Part shown: piece by piece, positions 1-12,069 of the stretch | Position numbering within the stretch: position 1 is the stretch's first letter | Layout of the letters: every line of letters begins with the position of its first letter | Source of the DNA: Tubiluchus corallicola | Taxonomy: Eukaryota; Animalia; Priapulida | Direction: 5' to 3' | Assembly: GCA_030141605.1 (NCBI GenBank) | Contig: JAQGDQ010000626.1 | Location: forward strand, 40,059-104,058 | Length of the DNA: 64,000 nucleotides | Translations under genes and position numbers: made by a program | The notes under the pieces: model-generated | Told to the model about the DNA's origin: nothing | The model's input: the letters and a program-made list of their open reading frames with translations, nothing else | Database searches by the model: none

Positions 1-502
1 CACATTTGAGATACCAATGTCACATTTGACTTGACATGTGTCTACATTCTTAAAATAAACAATGTTTCTTAAGAGAAACTAATTCATTAATGCAGTGCTA
101 ATGCATTACTTAAAAACTAATTAGTGATTCACTGTTTATTGGGAAGTGATGCTGCCGATAGCACCATGACCAAAAAATATAATTTTAATTTGGTTTTATC
201 TTTTTCTAATTTGCAATTAAATAACTTAATTACCGATTTATTCAAAGTACCGCATCTACATTTGAATTACCTAAGTCACATTTGTGTTACCAAAACACAT
301 TCGAAATTCCTATGTCTACATTTCACTTACCTAAGTCACATTTGAGTTACCAAAACACATTCGAAATTCCCATGTCTACATTTGACTTACCTAAGTCACA
401 TTTGAGTTACCAAAACACATTCGAAATTCCTATGTCTACATTTGACTTACCTAAGTCACATTTGAACTTTCCTGTGTCTACATTTGACGTGTAAAACCTA
501 TA
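1..502. mobile_element. Right part of a foldback/MITE-type element (family F1) with internal ~60-bp subrepeats
   Basis: Ends in CATTTGACGTGTAAAACCTATA, the reverse complement of the TATAGGTTTTACACGTCAAATG terminus at 4895. 60-bp tandem units at ~255-480. Bases 1-48 are the reverse complement of 4014-4061 and ~44-150 match 4203-4308 directly. Confidence 0.7.
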
Positions 503-879
503 GAATTAGCAGGCCTACATACCTAAACTGTGCACAACGTGTTATAATTATAGTCAGTTAAACTAACTTTTAAGAGTGAGATTTTTTGACACTCATTTCA
601 ATCAATATTGATAAGATCATGTCTTATTTATTTCTGTAATAATTGTGCATCACTGTGTAAACAATTCACATGGCCAAACAATTTCCACAATAAACTAATG
701 TCAACTGGCAGTCAGCATTAAAGTACAGTAAACATGTCATTTTATATTACTCGCCTCCATGAGCGGCTGTAAAAAATTCCCCTAGTTAAATCATGCTTAA
801 GAACGAGCTTTTCCAGAGTAACAATTAAATTATTTGTTTGATTATAAAGACTTCATAATAAACAACTTTTTATTAATAA

Positions 880-1030
880 ACCTTTTCGCGATTTCGTTGT
901 GCGCACGCGCAGTTGTTGTAGGTCAATGGTTAAGTGCACCACAGCAACGCGTCTTAAGTACTACTATCGCGTAACAAGTTGGTAAAGCAAAGTCGTCTAC
1001 CACATCGGTTCAGCATTAAATCTACTTTAA
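880..1030 (+). mobile_element. Fragment of a dispersed repeat (family Z, unclassified, probably DNA-transposon-derived)
   Basis: TTTCGTTGTGCGCA...GGTTAAGTGCACCACAG...AAAGCAAAG matches 58620-58750 directly and ~28190-28320 in reverse. Confidence 0.5.
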
Positions 1031-1828
1031 GATCTACAATCATTAATCAATTTCTGCTTAATTTTAACACTAACAAAATTCTAACAAGACAAAAAAATCA
1101 CATTTATACACACAAAAAAGCAGTGTAACATCTACGACTATTGATTAAAGTGCTGTTATAATACTAATATGCCATGTCATAATCATTATAAGTTGACCAC
1201 AGTGACGTTATGTAATCATTATTAATTCCGAATAATATTAATTTCGTAAATCTACCCGAAAACACCACGTGCAGCTAAATCTTACCCTCCCGCCGCGCTA
1301 ACTTCCTAAAACTAATAAATACTTTTCGTCAAAAACCCCCAAGAAAGTGCAAGTATGTTTATATAAGACGCGGAACACTTTACGAATAGCGAGACGAACA
1401 AATAATTTCATTATCCCGAATCAGGGGCTACGTATAGAAGTGTTTTGTCTTCACCTTAATCCAGAACATTTAGTATCTATGCGTTCCTTCACCTCTCCTT
1501 TAATGTTTCTACTTTCACAGAGCGTTTTAGTAACAATAGGATACAAAATACTTCCGTCTTTTAAGGGACACTTCCATTTCAACAGCCATTTGGGTAATGA
1601 ATGTATGGGGCGTTTATTTAGGTGATACGACTTTGCGTTCTGCCATGTTTTTGTAGCTGTCAGTACGAATGACCACTAATTCCTACTAAACCGCCATTTA
1701 ACAAAAAGAAACTCGTTTTGCGATGTTTTTATTTCAGACAGCGGTACCCATTCCAGACCAATTTGCTTGTCGTTAAATTGGCGCTTTGGTGTCATAAAAT
1801 GTTCTGAATGTGTGACAGCCGCTTTTAA

Positions 1829-2287
1829 CCCTTTCATACCTGTTGTATCCCGTGGGATACGAGAATATTTTCTGCCTTTAAAATTAATAAAATTTTAAAA
1901 CTGACAGTTATTAGATCTGTTAATAGTTATTTTGATTTAAGCCAATACCAATAGACTAAAAATGGTGATAAAATGGCAAACTAGAAAATCTACGTAGCAT
2001 AAAAAACTGCGCAAGGTACAGTACTTTAGAGATGACTTTGTACAGATCAGCATAGCATGCATACTAAATGTCTTAAATACTTTAAAAAATATCAGCAGTT
2101 GCAAAATGAAGCAGATTTTATGCTTCCATTGAATCCCAATGTATCCCGTGGGATACAGGCTATATTTAGCACGCGGGCACAGGTAGAAAAAAATAATTAT
2201 CATGTGCAAACAAGATGGACATACTGAACAAAAGTACCAAGCCAAAAAAAATTTTCTTATTAAAAATATAATTTGGGACTGAAAGGG
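1829..2287. mobile_element. piggyBac-type MITE, copy 1
   Basis: TTAA TSD at 1825-1828 and 2288-2291. CCCTTT...AAAGGG termini. Palindrome GTATCCCGTGGGATAC present twice. Near-identical to 5687-6148. Confidence 0.85.
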
Positions 2288-3034
2288 TTAAAGCAAATTT
2301 GAAAAAAGTTACTTTATAAAAAAGCATCATGATGTTAATGCAATACACGATGCTGATAAATACTTGATTAGTGTCATAGTGTCGCAGCGCAATGGCTACT
2401 AAAACAACCTATAATGTAATTAATGTCATAATTGTGGCTTATTGTACCGAGTACACGATTGTGGTATTATGTGATCCATTTAATTGTCAGTCTACCTCAC
2501 TAAAGTACTGAATTAGTCTGTGCTGCCATCTACAGTCGTTGTTTTACTCTAATTGTACAAAGTTTGTCAGAGATTGATTTTTGTTTCTAAATATTATTTC
2601 CTTTTGCTTTTATAGATATTCATTAATCAGAGTAATTAGATTGTTAATTTCATGCTTTAATTCTGGTTCTAACTCTCTTATTCAAGTTTAAATAGAGAAA
2701 CATTATAACACAGCTAAGATATCAATATGAGAGCTTTCTCCTCCTACGAGGTAACAGTAACAATATCACCACTGTCATCGTCGTCGTCATCGTCATTGTC
2801 GGCATGATAACTTATCTTTAACTTATTAAAACTATCTTATTAAAATTCGTTTTTTTCTATTATATCTATACTACATTGTTGTGGGTGGCAGTAGTTGACA
2901 GTGCAAGTCATTACTTGACTATGATATCGTCACCATTGCTGTTGTCGTCATTGTCATCATCATTATTATCGCTGACGGATTATTACCATTACCAAATAAT
3001 CACGATTTGCCCCCCTCTACTATCTCTCCGCCAT

Positions 3035-3319
3035 CATCACTGCTGCTGACACTTGTCATTGTCGTCATCACTGCTGCTGACACTTGTCATTGTCGTCATC
3101 ACTGCTGCTGACACTTGTCACTGTCGTCATCACTGCTGCTGACACTTGTCATTGTCGTCATCACTGCTGCTGACACTTGTCATTGTCATCATCACTGCTG
3201 CTGACACTTGTCATTGTCATCATCACTGCTGCTGACACTTGTCATTGTCATCATCACTGCTGCTGACACTTGTCATTGTCGTCATCACTGCTGCTGACAC
3301 TTGTCATTGTCGTCATCAC
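3035..3319. repeat. 31-bp minisatellite, ~9 copies
   Basis: Unit CATCACTGCTGCTGACACTTGTCATTGTCGT. Confidence 0.95.
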
Positions 3320-3702
3320 CATTAAAAGCGTGCCGTGTGCAAACTAGCTGACCACATAATCATAATTTGATTTATAATATTCCCCATTCCATAATTACAT
3401 ATCATGACTTTAATGAAAAATACAACGTTATTGTAACATTGAATATTAATGATTAAAATTCGCTGTTATTCTTATCTTATTCCTAATTAATTTTTACTTC
3501 CCAATAATTTAGATAATTTTCACGTTTCCAAAGTAGATAATTACGATAAATTTGTTATCAATAACTAATTAACAAAGATAGTTTATCCAATAACTTGCTT
3601 GACGAGAACCGCGCAAAATAATGTTGATTCTGGTAGTAATGTACGTAGTTCTGCACCACGCAGTGTGTGGAAGAATTTTTTGCTTCAGTGATAATTTACT
3701 TT

Positions 3703-4310
3703 TATAGGTTTTACATGTCAAATGTAGACTTACGTTAACTCAAATGTAGATTTAGGTAATTCAAATGTGTCTTGGTAACTCAAATGTAGACTTAGGTAGT
3801 TCAAATGTGTCTTGGTAACTCAAATGTAGACTTATGTAGTGCAAATGTGTCTTGGTAACTCAAATGTAGACTTAGGTAATTCAAACGTGTCTTGGTAACT
3901 CAAATGTAGATGTAGGTAATTCAAACGTGTCTTGGTAACTCAAATGTAGACTTAGGTAGTTCAAATGTGTTAACAATGGTTTTCAAGAAATCTTAAGCGT
4001 TTTTGGTAAGTCAAATGTAGACACATGTCAAGTCAAATGTGACATTGGTATCTCAAATGTGGATAGGTGGTAAAGTTTAAAAATGTTAAATTTAATCTTC
4101 TTTAATTTCAATTTAATAATTGCTCTTAAATTAAAATAACGTTATAGGTTCACTAATATTCTGCAAACTTTACATACAATTGGAACTGTTAGAGAAAACA
4201 ATACATTCTTAAAATAAACAATGTTTGTTGAGAGAAACTAATTCATTAATACAGTGCTAATGCATTACTTAAAAAACTAATTAGTGATTCACTGTTCATT
4301 GGGAAGTGGG
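3703..4310. mobile_element. Family F1 element, left arm plus internal region, apparently truncated
   Basis: Starts TATAGGTTTTACATGTCAAATG, followed by 40-bp tandem units (CTCAAATGTAGACTTAGGTAGTTCAAATGTGTCTTGGTAA). Shares internal sequence with 1-150. Confidence 0.7.
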
Positions 4311-4894
4311 AACCGATTTATTCTTTTCTGCCGACATTTTTTTTGTAAAACGTTGATAAATAAAATGTAGAATTGGTGTATATATTAATAACTGTATAAT
4401 TGTTAACTTATTTATGGCCAGCAAAGACCAATAAGGCCAGCAAAACTGGGAGTCAATACAGTACCATTTTTTAATGTCTGTTTTCACAAAAAAACATTAT
4501 CTTATATAAGCTAGTATGTAATATGTAGTATGTAATATGTAATATGTAATATAGTATGTATATAAGCTATTTTCGTAGACATTACATTTAAAACAATAAG
4601 ATCTATTAACAAATAATATAACATAAAATACACACATCATACTAAATATTATTAATACATCTTATTGTTTTTCATAATATGTCTGTTTTATTGTACTTAA
4701 TACTGTCCACATAACCAAAATAATGGGTTCCACATAACTTTGTGTCACTTTCAATCTACGGTTTATTTAGTCAAAATAATTTCCCTACGTAAGTTACATT
4801 AATAATTAACCCAGAATAAAGGCTCATATGCCACAGACGTGATGATAGGCTATGCAAGAAAGAGACGAATAATAGTCTGTATATGAAGTTCTAC

Positions 4895-5248
4895 TATAGG
4901 TTTTACACGTCAAATGTAGACACAGGAAAGTTCAAATGTGACTTAGGTAAGTCAAATGTAGACACAGGAAAGTTCAAATGTGACTTAGGTAAGTCAAATG
5001 TAGACACAGAAATTTTGAATGTTTCGGTAACTCAAATGTGACTTAGGTAAGTCAAATGTAGACATGGGATATTTGACTTGACGTGTGTGCCTACATTTGA
5101 CTTACCAAAAACGCTTAAGATTTCTTGAAAACAATTGTTAACACATTTGAACTACCTAAGTCTGCATTTGAGTTACCAAGACACATTTGAACTACCTAAG
5201 TCTACATTTGACTTAACGTAGGTCTACATTTGACGTGTAAAACCTATG
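4895..5248. mobile_element. Family F1 complete short MITE
   Basis: Terminal inverted repeats ATAGGTTTTACACGTCAAATGTAGAC / GTCTACATTTGACGTGTAAAACCTAT. Left arm mirrors 340-502 and right arm mirrors 3703-4020. Confidence 0.8.
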
Positions 5249-5686
5249 AAGTACCAGACCATTCAATGGCAGTGAAGGATACCGTCTTTCTTTCTTTCTT
5301 TCTTTTTGTCCTGTGTAATTCAAAGCAAACGTGCAAATTAAACCAAACAATATTTTGACACGTTCAGAACAAAGCCAACCTTCAAGGATGGAAAAAATTG
5401 ATAGTTACAATGTATGCCAAGCTGTTGGTGGTCACGCAAAACTATAAAAGTACGCCGAGAACAAGTTTCTTAACGTCTTACCGTAGCAGTTAAGCAAAAT
5501 AAGACAATTTCTTTAACGACCGTTCAATGCTGGCGGTAATGAGTATGTAGTTTCCACACCTGAAGTATAACACATTATTATCTAGTGTTATTTGCAAGCC
5601 TCGAGGTGATTTCGTAAACATGTACGTGTTAAAACAAACTCCTGCAGAGTAGCAGACAGCCGGATTTTTATCAATTCCAGCCTTAA

Positions 5687-6148
5687 CCCTTTAATACCCG
5701 TTGTATCCCGTGGGATACGAGAATACTTTCTGCCTTTAAAATTAATAATTTTTTAGGACTGACAGTTATTTGATCTGTTAATAGTTATTTTGATTTAAGC
5801 CAATAACAATAGACTAAAAATGGTGATAAAATAGCAAACTAGAAAATCTACATAGCATAAAAAACTGCGCAAGGTACAGTACTTTAGAGACGACTTTGTA
5901 CAGATCAGCATAGCATGCATACTAAATGTCTTAAATACTTTAAAAAATTATCAGCAGTTGCAAAATGAAGCACATTTTATGCTTCCATTGAATCTCAATG
6001 TATCCCGTGGGATACAGGCTATATTTAGCACGCGGGCACAGGTAGAAAAAAAAATAATTATTATGTGTAAACAAGATGGACATACTGAACAAAAGTACCA
6101 AGCCAAAAAAATTTTTCTTATCAAAAAAATAATTTGGGACTGAAAGGG
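5687..6148. mobile_element. piggyBac-type MITE, copy 2
   Basis: TTAA TSD at 5683-5686 and 6149-6152. CCC...GGG termini. Direct near-identical copy of 1829-2287. Confidence 0.85.
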
Positions 6149-7699
6149 TTAAAGGTGCTAACCATACCAAACTGACGGAAGAAGATATTGTTGTATGAAA
6201 TCAGATAATCATACTTTCATAACTTGGGACAGTAACGGAAGGATGGGCAAATAAGCAAATGGATTATAACTGACAAAGCTGTACCTACAAGACTTTAATA
6301 AACTGTTCACTACTCACTGCAATATATGTACTTGCATTTATCGACTGCTCTACACACAGTGGGCAATGACACCAAACATAAAGCTATCATTGTTTCTACA
6401 GAACAGCCCAAGAGAAGTTGGGCGCTGCGCTATGCAAACATGGGTTTTTTGCGCCCAGTCAGATTCTGCTAATATTCCCGACATTTTTAATTCGTGTTTG
6501 CTTTGTCATGATAACGGAATGAACGCGAGTCGATGTTCATTTAGCGGTTTTGATTGACTTAACGTGCGGTGCACGACCCCGCTAATCCGGCAATATTCTG
6601 CTTTATTGGAACGTAATTACTGTTGATGAATAATCGTATAAATACGGACATGAAAATATCACTGTTTCCATACATATCCACTTCTGATGATAGAAAATAA
6701 AACAAGAGGCTAGTCTTCTACGCGTAATAGTACCTCTGTTACAGTAGCTTTCACGCGTGAGTCATAACAATCAAATTTCTAAGGACGAAGGGATAAGTCG
6801 TGTTGAAGGAAGTGTTTTTTACCTGTTTAAAGAAAAAATTAACCCTCTAAAAGACTTTTTACAAAGTTCAGGCAAATGATCGGGTTAACAGATCGATGAG
6901 ATCGATATTGTCATACAATATTGTTAAACTGGAACAAGTAACTGTTTGCAAATAGGTCTATCTGACTGGAGATTTTAACACTGATTTACTAAATTCGTAG
7001 TCGAGATGTCAACAGTTGTAAACGTTGTCAAATGTTGTGGAACTGTGATTGATTTTTTGACGTGTTTAAATTGTCTGTTTGTCAACTTTTAAAGTCTTGT
7101 ACTACTGTGTTATGTTTATTATAATTCTATAAGGTATTTTAATTTTAGTTTATCGGTTATTTTGCATACACTAACAGTAATTTAGATATTGATAACAAAT
7201 ATGTTTCTTTAGTTACTAACATAATTTCTATTATAAATTTGCAACACTTTTATTTATTAAACATGACTCACAGCAAGCTGCTAACAATGTCACTCGATTA
7301 ACTAAATAAATATTCATGTCGTAGAAATAGGAGTGGTTGCTAGGTGACCTCTTGGTCTTCCGCCACCCCATCTCAATGTTGTGTTTATCATGTTAAAGAA
7401 ACATTGTGTATTATTATATATGTAACTTTAAATAAGAGGAATAAAATCGAATCGAATCGAATCTAAATCTAATCAACGCTCAGCCATAAAATGATCATTC
7501 AGTTAAAAGCTAGGGCAAAATTGAATATTTCTTCTACTTAAATAAATGTTACAAACAGTTAAAAAACGAATAGCGCCACTCATAGACAAGTAACAGAATC
7601 ATGCCAGGCTAGCAGCTCTTTAATGTCCTAACAACATTAGGAGTTTGGCAGAAATCAAAAGCTTAATCCAGCTTTTTTTAATCTAAATATCTTTGCAGG

Positions 7700-8990
7700 A
7701 TGAAGAACAAAGCGCTAGAATATTGGTCAATAAAGAATTCTGCAAGTAGCAGTGGCTCTTCGGGATCAGGTAGTAAACTGATAAATGAACCGGACAATGC
7801 TATGCTAGACTTGGGCATCAAGATTAATCCACTCTTCCAAGATTCTGACCAGGACAGTCAAAGTGGACGCAAGTCTGGAAAACATTCAAGGACGGCAAAA
7901 ATTAAGAGCTCATATTTACCAAAAAAGACTTCAAAGAAAAGCCATCACTTAGCAAATGGTGATGTTAAGAAAACAGAAAAAAATCAAACTCATCAAGAAA
8001 AAGGTAATTCTCACAAAAAGGAAGCTAGTGACAGACATTCACGAAACAGATATTCAGCAAATAACAGATCCAACAAAACAGACGCAAACCAGAGTAGCGC
8101 TGTTTCACCAAAACGGTTTCAGAAGTCGTCACCAAAAAGCAAGTCTCCTAGAAATTACTCCTCCAGCATATCTTGGTTACACTCGCAAGCTAGGATGGGA
8201 GCATATTCTCATTCGCCAGAGAGGAAAAGTCGTCTACAGGCATATAACAGTGTGCTTAGTTCAGCAGCTCACAAGCAAAATGGACTCGCACAGTCTGACG
8301 ATATGGGTTCTCCAAAGAACTACAACAGGGAAACTCTCCATGAGCCAAAAGAAAATGGCACAGCAAGTCCAAACACACATTTGAAGCAACCCAGTACAAG
8401 TCCCGATGCTAGCACCACCCGGTACAATAATGTACTGTACGACATTGACCCCATGTCAAATCACAGTGATGATGGTGACAGTTCTTTTAGTGGAGTTATG
8501 ACAGTTAACCCCAGTAATATCATCCTAAGTGAAGATGATTTTTTGATTTTCAAGAAGAACCACACTGACGATACCCACATCCACGATCAAAGTAAACAGT
8601 TACATAAAAGTAAAAATGTTTCCAAACAAAGACACAATCACGAAAAGCAAACTGAGAAATCAACAGATGATTCAATAAAACAAGGAAAAGGTCAGATCAC
8701 AAGCTCGTCAGTATTCACACCATCTAGTCCAAGACACAATATGCAAGATATGATTATTAGTGAAATACGGAGCCAGGTGAACAGTGAACGTCTAAGTCCA
8801 ATAAAGGAGACTAATGAAACAAAACTAAGTGATTACAGTGAACTAGGAACATCTGACAGACGAAGTCAACTATCGCTGCCTTTATCTGTACAAAACTTGC
8901 AAAACCACGAAGATGATTACCAATTGGTTATAGATTCCGCTTCTGAATGCAATAGTACTGATCAGCTAATATACTGTGAGCCTTATGAAG
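7700..8990 (+). CDS. Gene 1 coding exon 1: uncharacterised Ser/Lys/His-rich, probably disordered protein
   Basis: Acceptor CTTTGCAG ends at 7698, ATG at 7700, 430 open codons, donor AAG|GTAAGA at 8991 (phase 1). Confidence 0.8.
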
Positions 8991-9396
8991 GTAAGAGCAA
9001 TAAACTTTATTGTATTGCAATTAATATAATTAACGGAGCTGTTGAATTGTGTGGTATAAGAACGAGACTTAAGACCTGGTGTCATGGTGATCAACTAACC
9101 CAGATGGGTGTTCTAATTCCAGGGTGCCGAGTTCAAGTCGCGATTAGTTCACGATTTTTTAGCATCTGCTTTCTTCACCTCATTTGTCATAAGGTTAATA
9201 GTTGTTATGAAAAAAATGGTTTATTAACTTCTGGCATTCACGTTCAGGATCATTGTTATGGCACTTTATTGTATTAAATGCAATTGTCCATGAGTATTCA
9301 CAACATTTGTCTAATCTGGTACCACATGATGATGCCACAACCTGGTAAAATGATGATGTCATGTTAGATATTGAAATATTTTTGTTTTATCTGCAG

Positions 9397-10646
9397 CAAT
9401 AAAATTTGATGAACATTTTCCAAAGGCACAGAGAGAGCAGCCAGATGGGCAGCCAAGCACAGAATCAGATGAACAGACACAGTCAAGAGTAACAGAGACA
9501 ACAAGCCTCAAGACTTCCAGCACAAGCGTATACGGTGACGAAGATCTCCTGAACAAAAGTGAGGCACCAGCCCGAGACTCCTACCAACAACAGTACACCC
9601 ATGACCCAAACAAATTATTCACTGAAGAGCAGGAAACCAGGTATGACGGGAGAACAACAGTCAATGCATGTCCTATACACGGATCACAAACTGCACGAAA
9701 TGATCATCCCATTTCTCTCCATGTTGAAAACGAAACTGTAGAGCCGATGTATACGTGTCCCGTGCATGGAAATCAGAAACATCTTAGTGCAATTAATGCA
9801 CTATCCAGTGAAGTAATAGAAAGTTTGAGCTCAACGGGCAAAGCAAATACCAAACACAAAGCACAACTTAATTATCTCAAAGCAAAGAAAAACATGGACA
9901 TCTTGTCTGATATAGAGGAGGTTCCTGAACCTTCTATAGATTATTCTGATTCTAATGCAAGTTCCATAAGCCTGCACAGACCATTCAGAGTTCCAACACC
10001 AGATTACTCCAGTGCAGAGCGATTTTACCATCATCTAAAAAAGAAAATAGGGAGAAGACTCTCTAGTAAAAAAGGAAAAGGACAAAGACCACAGGTTCGA
10101 TGCAGAGTCAACAACGATCCATCGGCAGAGTGGTCAGATGGGGATGGACGTGCCTCCACTCCAACGGTGGATTATTCATCATGCGACTCTCAGACTTCAG
10201 GCGATGAATGCGGTTGGACATACCGTCCAAACAGAAGGGCTAAAAACAAGCCAAATCAGAACCAGATTTGTGCCATCCATGGGAGAGATGGATTCTACAG
10301 GGGTGTGCACTTTGCCGAAACGCCACCAGAAGGCATGGCTCAAAGAACTAGTTGGAAATTTAAGGCAGGCCAAGATAGCAAGCACAAACGATGGCAGCCA
10401 GTCAGCAGCACCGTCTACACAAAGCTTTATTCGAAATTCAACAGCCGCTTTAGCCCAATAGTCGAAACTGCCGAAGAGCGATGTTCACCAGCATCTAAAG
10501 CAAGTACAGCAAAGGGAGAAGCAGGATCTCCGTTGCAGAAAAATCCATTCAAAGTTAACATATACACCATCAATCCTAATGTGTACAGCATGGGTAAAAA
10601 CAACAAAAGACTGACACTTTCATCTATAGCAAGCAGCAAAAACATA
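9397..10646 (+). CDS. Gene 1 coding exon 2
   Basis: Acceptor TTTTATCTGCAG ends at 9396. Phase 1 matches exon 1 and the frame is that of ORF 9747-10676. Donor ATA|GTGAGT at 10647 (phase 0). Confidence 0.8.
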
Positions 10647-11081
10647 GTGAGTTGTGTTCAGTTACATCTCCATTGAGCTAACGCTCATTCATCATTGTCA
10701 TGGTGCCTACCCAGTGGCTCATTAAGCACATATCTTTTCATTATTGTCACTAACTTGCAATTATCACTACATACTTATTGTCATTGACTTGGCGATCTGT
10801 CTGCTAGAATCTGCACAACTTGTACATGATGAGTTCACAATCAGCACAGGTCTGGTTTATAGCTTGTCAAACTTCTACAAATTTGAACTTTTCAAACATT
10901 AAGAAAAGTCTAATTTAAGTTTGACGTAATAGTCACAATTTATAATTAGAATGCATCGTTTCACATGTAAAATCAAACATATACGTTTAATTTGCTGAAT
11001 CTTCAGATTTGCATGATATATTGCTTATTTTACCTATAAAACAGCATTATGGTACTAATGATTAATGCTCTACTTTTACAG

Positions 11082-11276
11082 AAGAGTCGCTCTCCCAATC
11101 ACATGACAAGTTTGGATCCCATCTACAATGCACATGCGCACAAGATTCAGGCCAAAGAAGCCAAAAGACGTATATGCTACATGGGACTGGCATTTTTAGC
11201 TTTGTTCATATGCGTGGGAGTTGCAGTTTGGCTGACCATGCATTTCAGACCGTCCAGGTTAGAACAAGAACCATAG
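11082..11276 (+). CDS. Gene 1 last coding exon with C-terminal transmembrane helix (tail anchor)
   Basis: Acceptor TACTTTTACAG ends at 11081 (phase 0). Encodes KRR-ICYMGLAFLALFICVGVAVWLTM-HFRPSRLEQEP*. Total CDS 2736 nt = 911 aa plus stop. Confidence 0.8.
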   Translation, partial: KSRSPNHMTSLDPIYNAHAHKIQAKEAKRRICYMGLAFLALFICVGVAVWLTMHFRPSRLEQEP

Positions 11277-11523
11277 CAATCTAAATACTTAGCACCAGAA
11301 CCAGTGGAAATTAAGACTATGCTCAGCTGGCCAGGTCTTGCTTAGGTAAAGGCCAGGTTGCAGTTGAAAGAAACTTAGGAATCCTGTTTGTTATCACATC
11401 ATGACTACATCATATCTACTGCATTGCCTACTGTGATGCTTTCGGTTAGAAATCTTCATATTACCTATGCTTAAAGATGCCCACTGCTTGTTACGCAAAT
11501 AAAGCCATACTTATGTGGCACAA

Positions 11524-12069
11524 ATCACGTCGAAAACACCGGTTCACCGAAGTTAAGCAACTTAGAGCCTGGTTAGTACTTGGATGGGTGACCGCCCAGG
11601 AATACCAGGTGCTGTAGGCTTGCGGGATGCCCACACCGTATCTCGACACTAGGCGGAAGAGCTGCACAAGGCAGCCAACTGCTAGAGGGCGGAGGAGGTC
11701 AAGTGACTCAACGGCCATGTGTAGAGGAGTAAACCTTCCAAATCAGAAGTGGAGCCCCTAAGGCGGACCAGTGCAGCATGCTCACTGACTCTGGCAACTC
11801 CTGCAGCCAACCTGGTCCCAAACGTATCGCTCCACTTTCCTTTGGACTACACCAGAGAGGAAGAGAGGGGGTTCCTGTTGTCTGGGCAACTCAGGATCTC
11901 CATACACCTTGCCCAGGTGTGCGCCCTGGAGAGGCCACTCCAGTGGTTCAAGGATCGCAGTGCTCAGCCACAGTCGACGCTGCAGCTCCATCAGTGTGAT
12001 CAATAACTGACTCTCTTGGCGCACACTCCATTGTCTTCCGAGACAGAAGGATGCCAACCGTTTCAACTG
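11524..12069 (+). mobile_element. 5S-rRNA-derived SINE with RTE-type 3' tail, copy 1 (near full length)
   Basis: 11524-11621 is 5S-like with box A AGTTAAGC and box C TGGATGGGTGACC. Ends GTCTTCCGAGACAGAAGGATGCCAAC. 12-bp TSD TATGTGGCACAA at 11512-11523 and 12070-12081. Confidence 0.9.

Noticed and set aside
9060-9160. tRNA-like segment (GAGTTCAAGTC box B)
   Set aside because: No cloverleaf or clear box A; at most a decayed SINE remnant.
8991-9277. C-terminal part of the 525-aa ORF
   Set aside because: Composition changes after a strong GTAAGA donor at 8991; treated as intron read-through.
11524-11621. 5S rRNA gene (also at 26882 and 34190)
   Set aside because: 5'-truncated or internally deleted, no oligo-T terminator, and always fused to the same downstream body. 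These are SINE heads.
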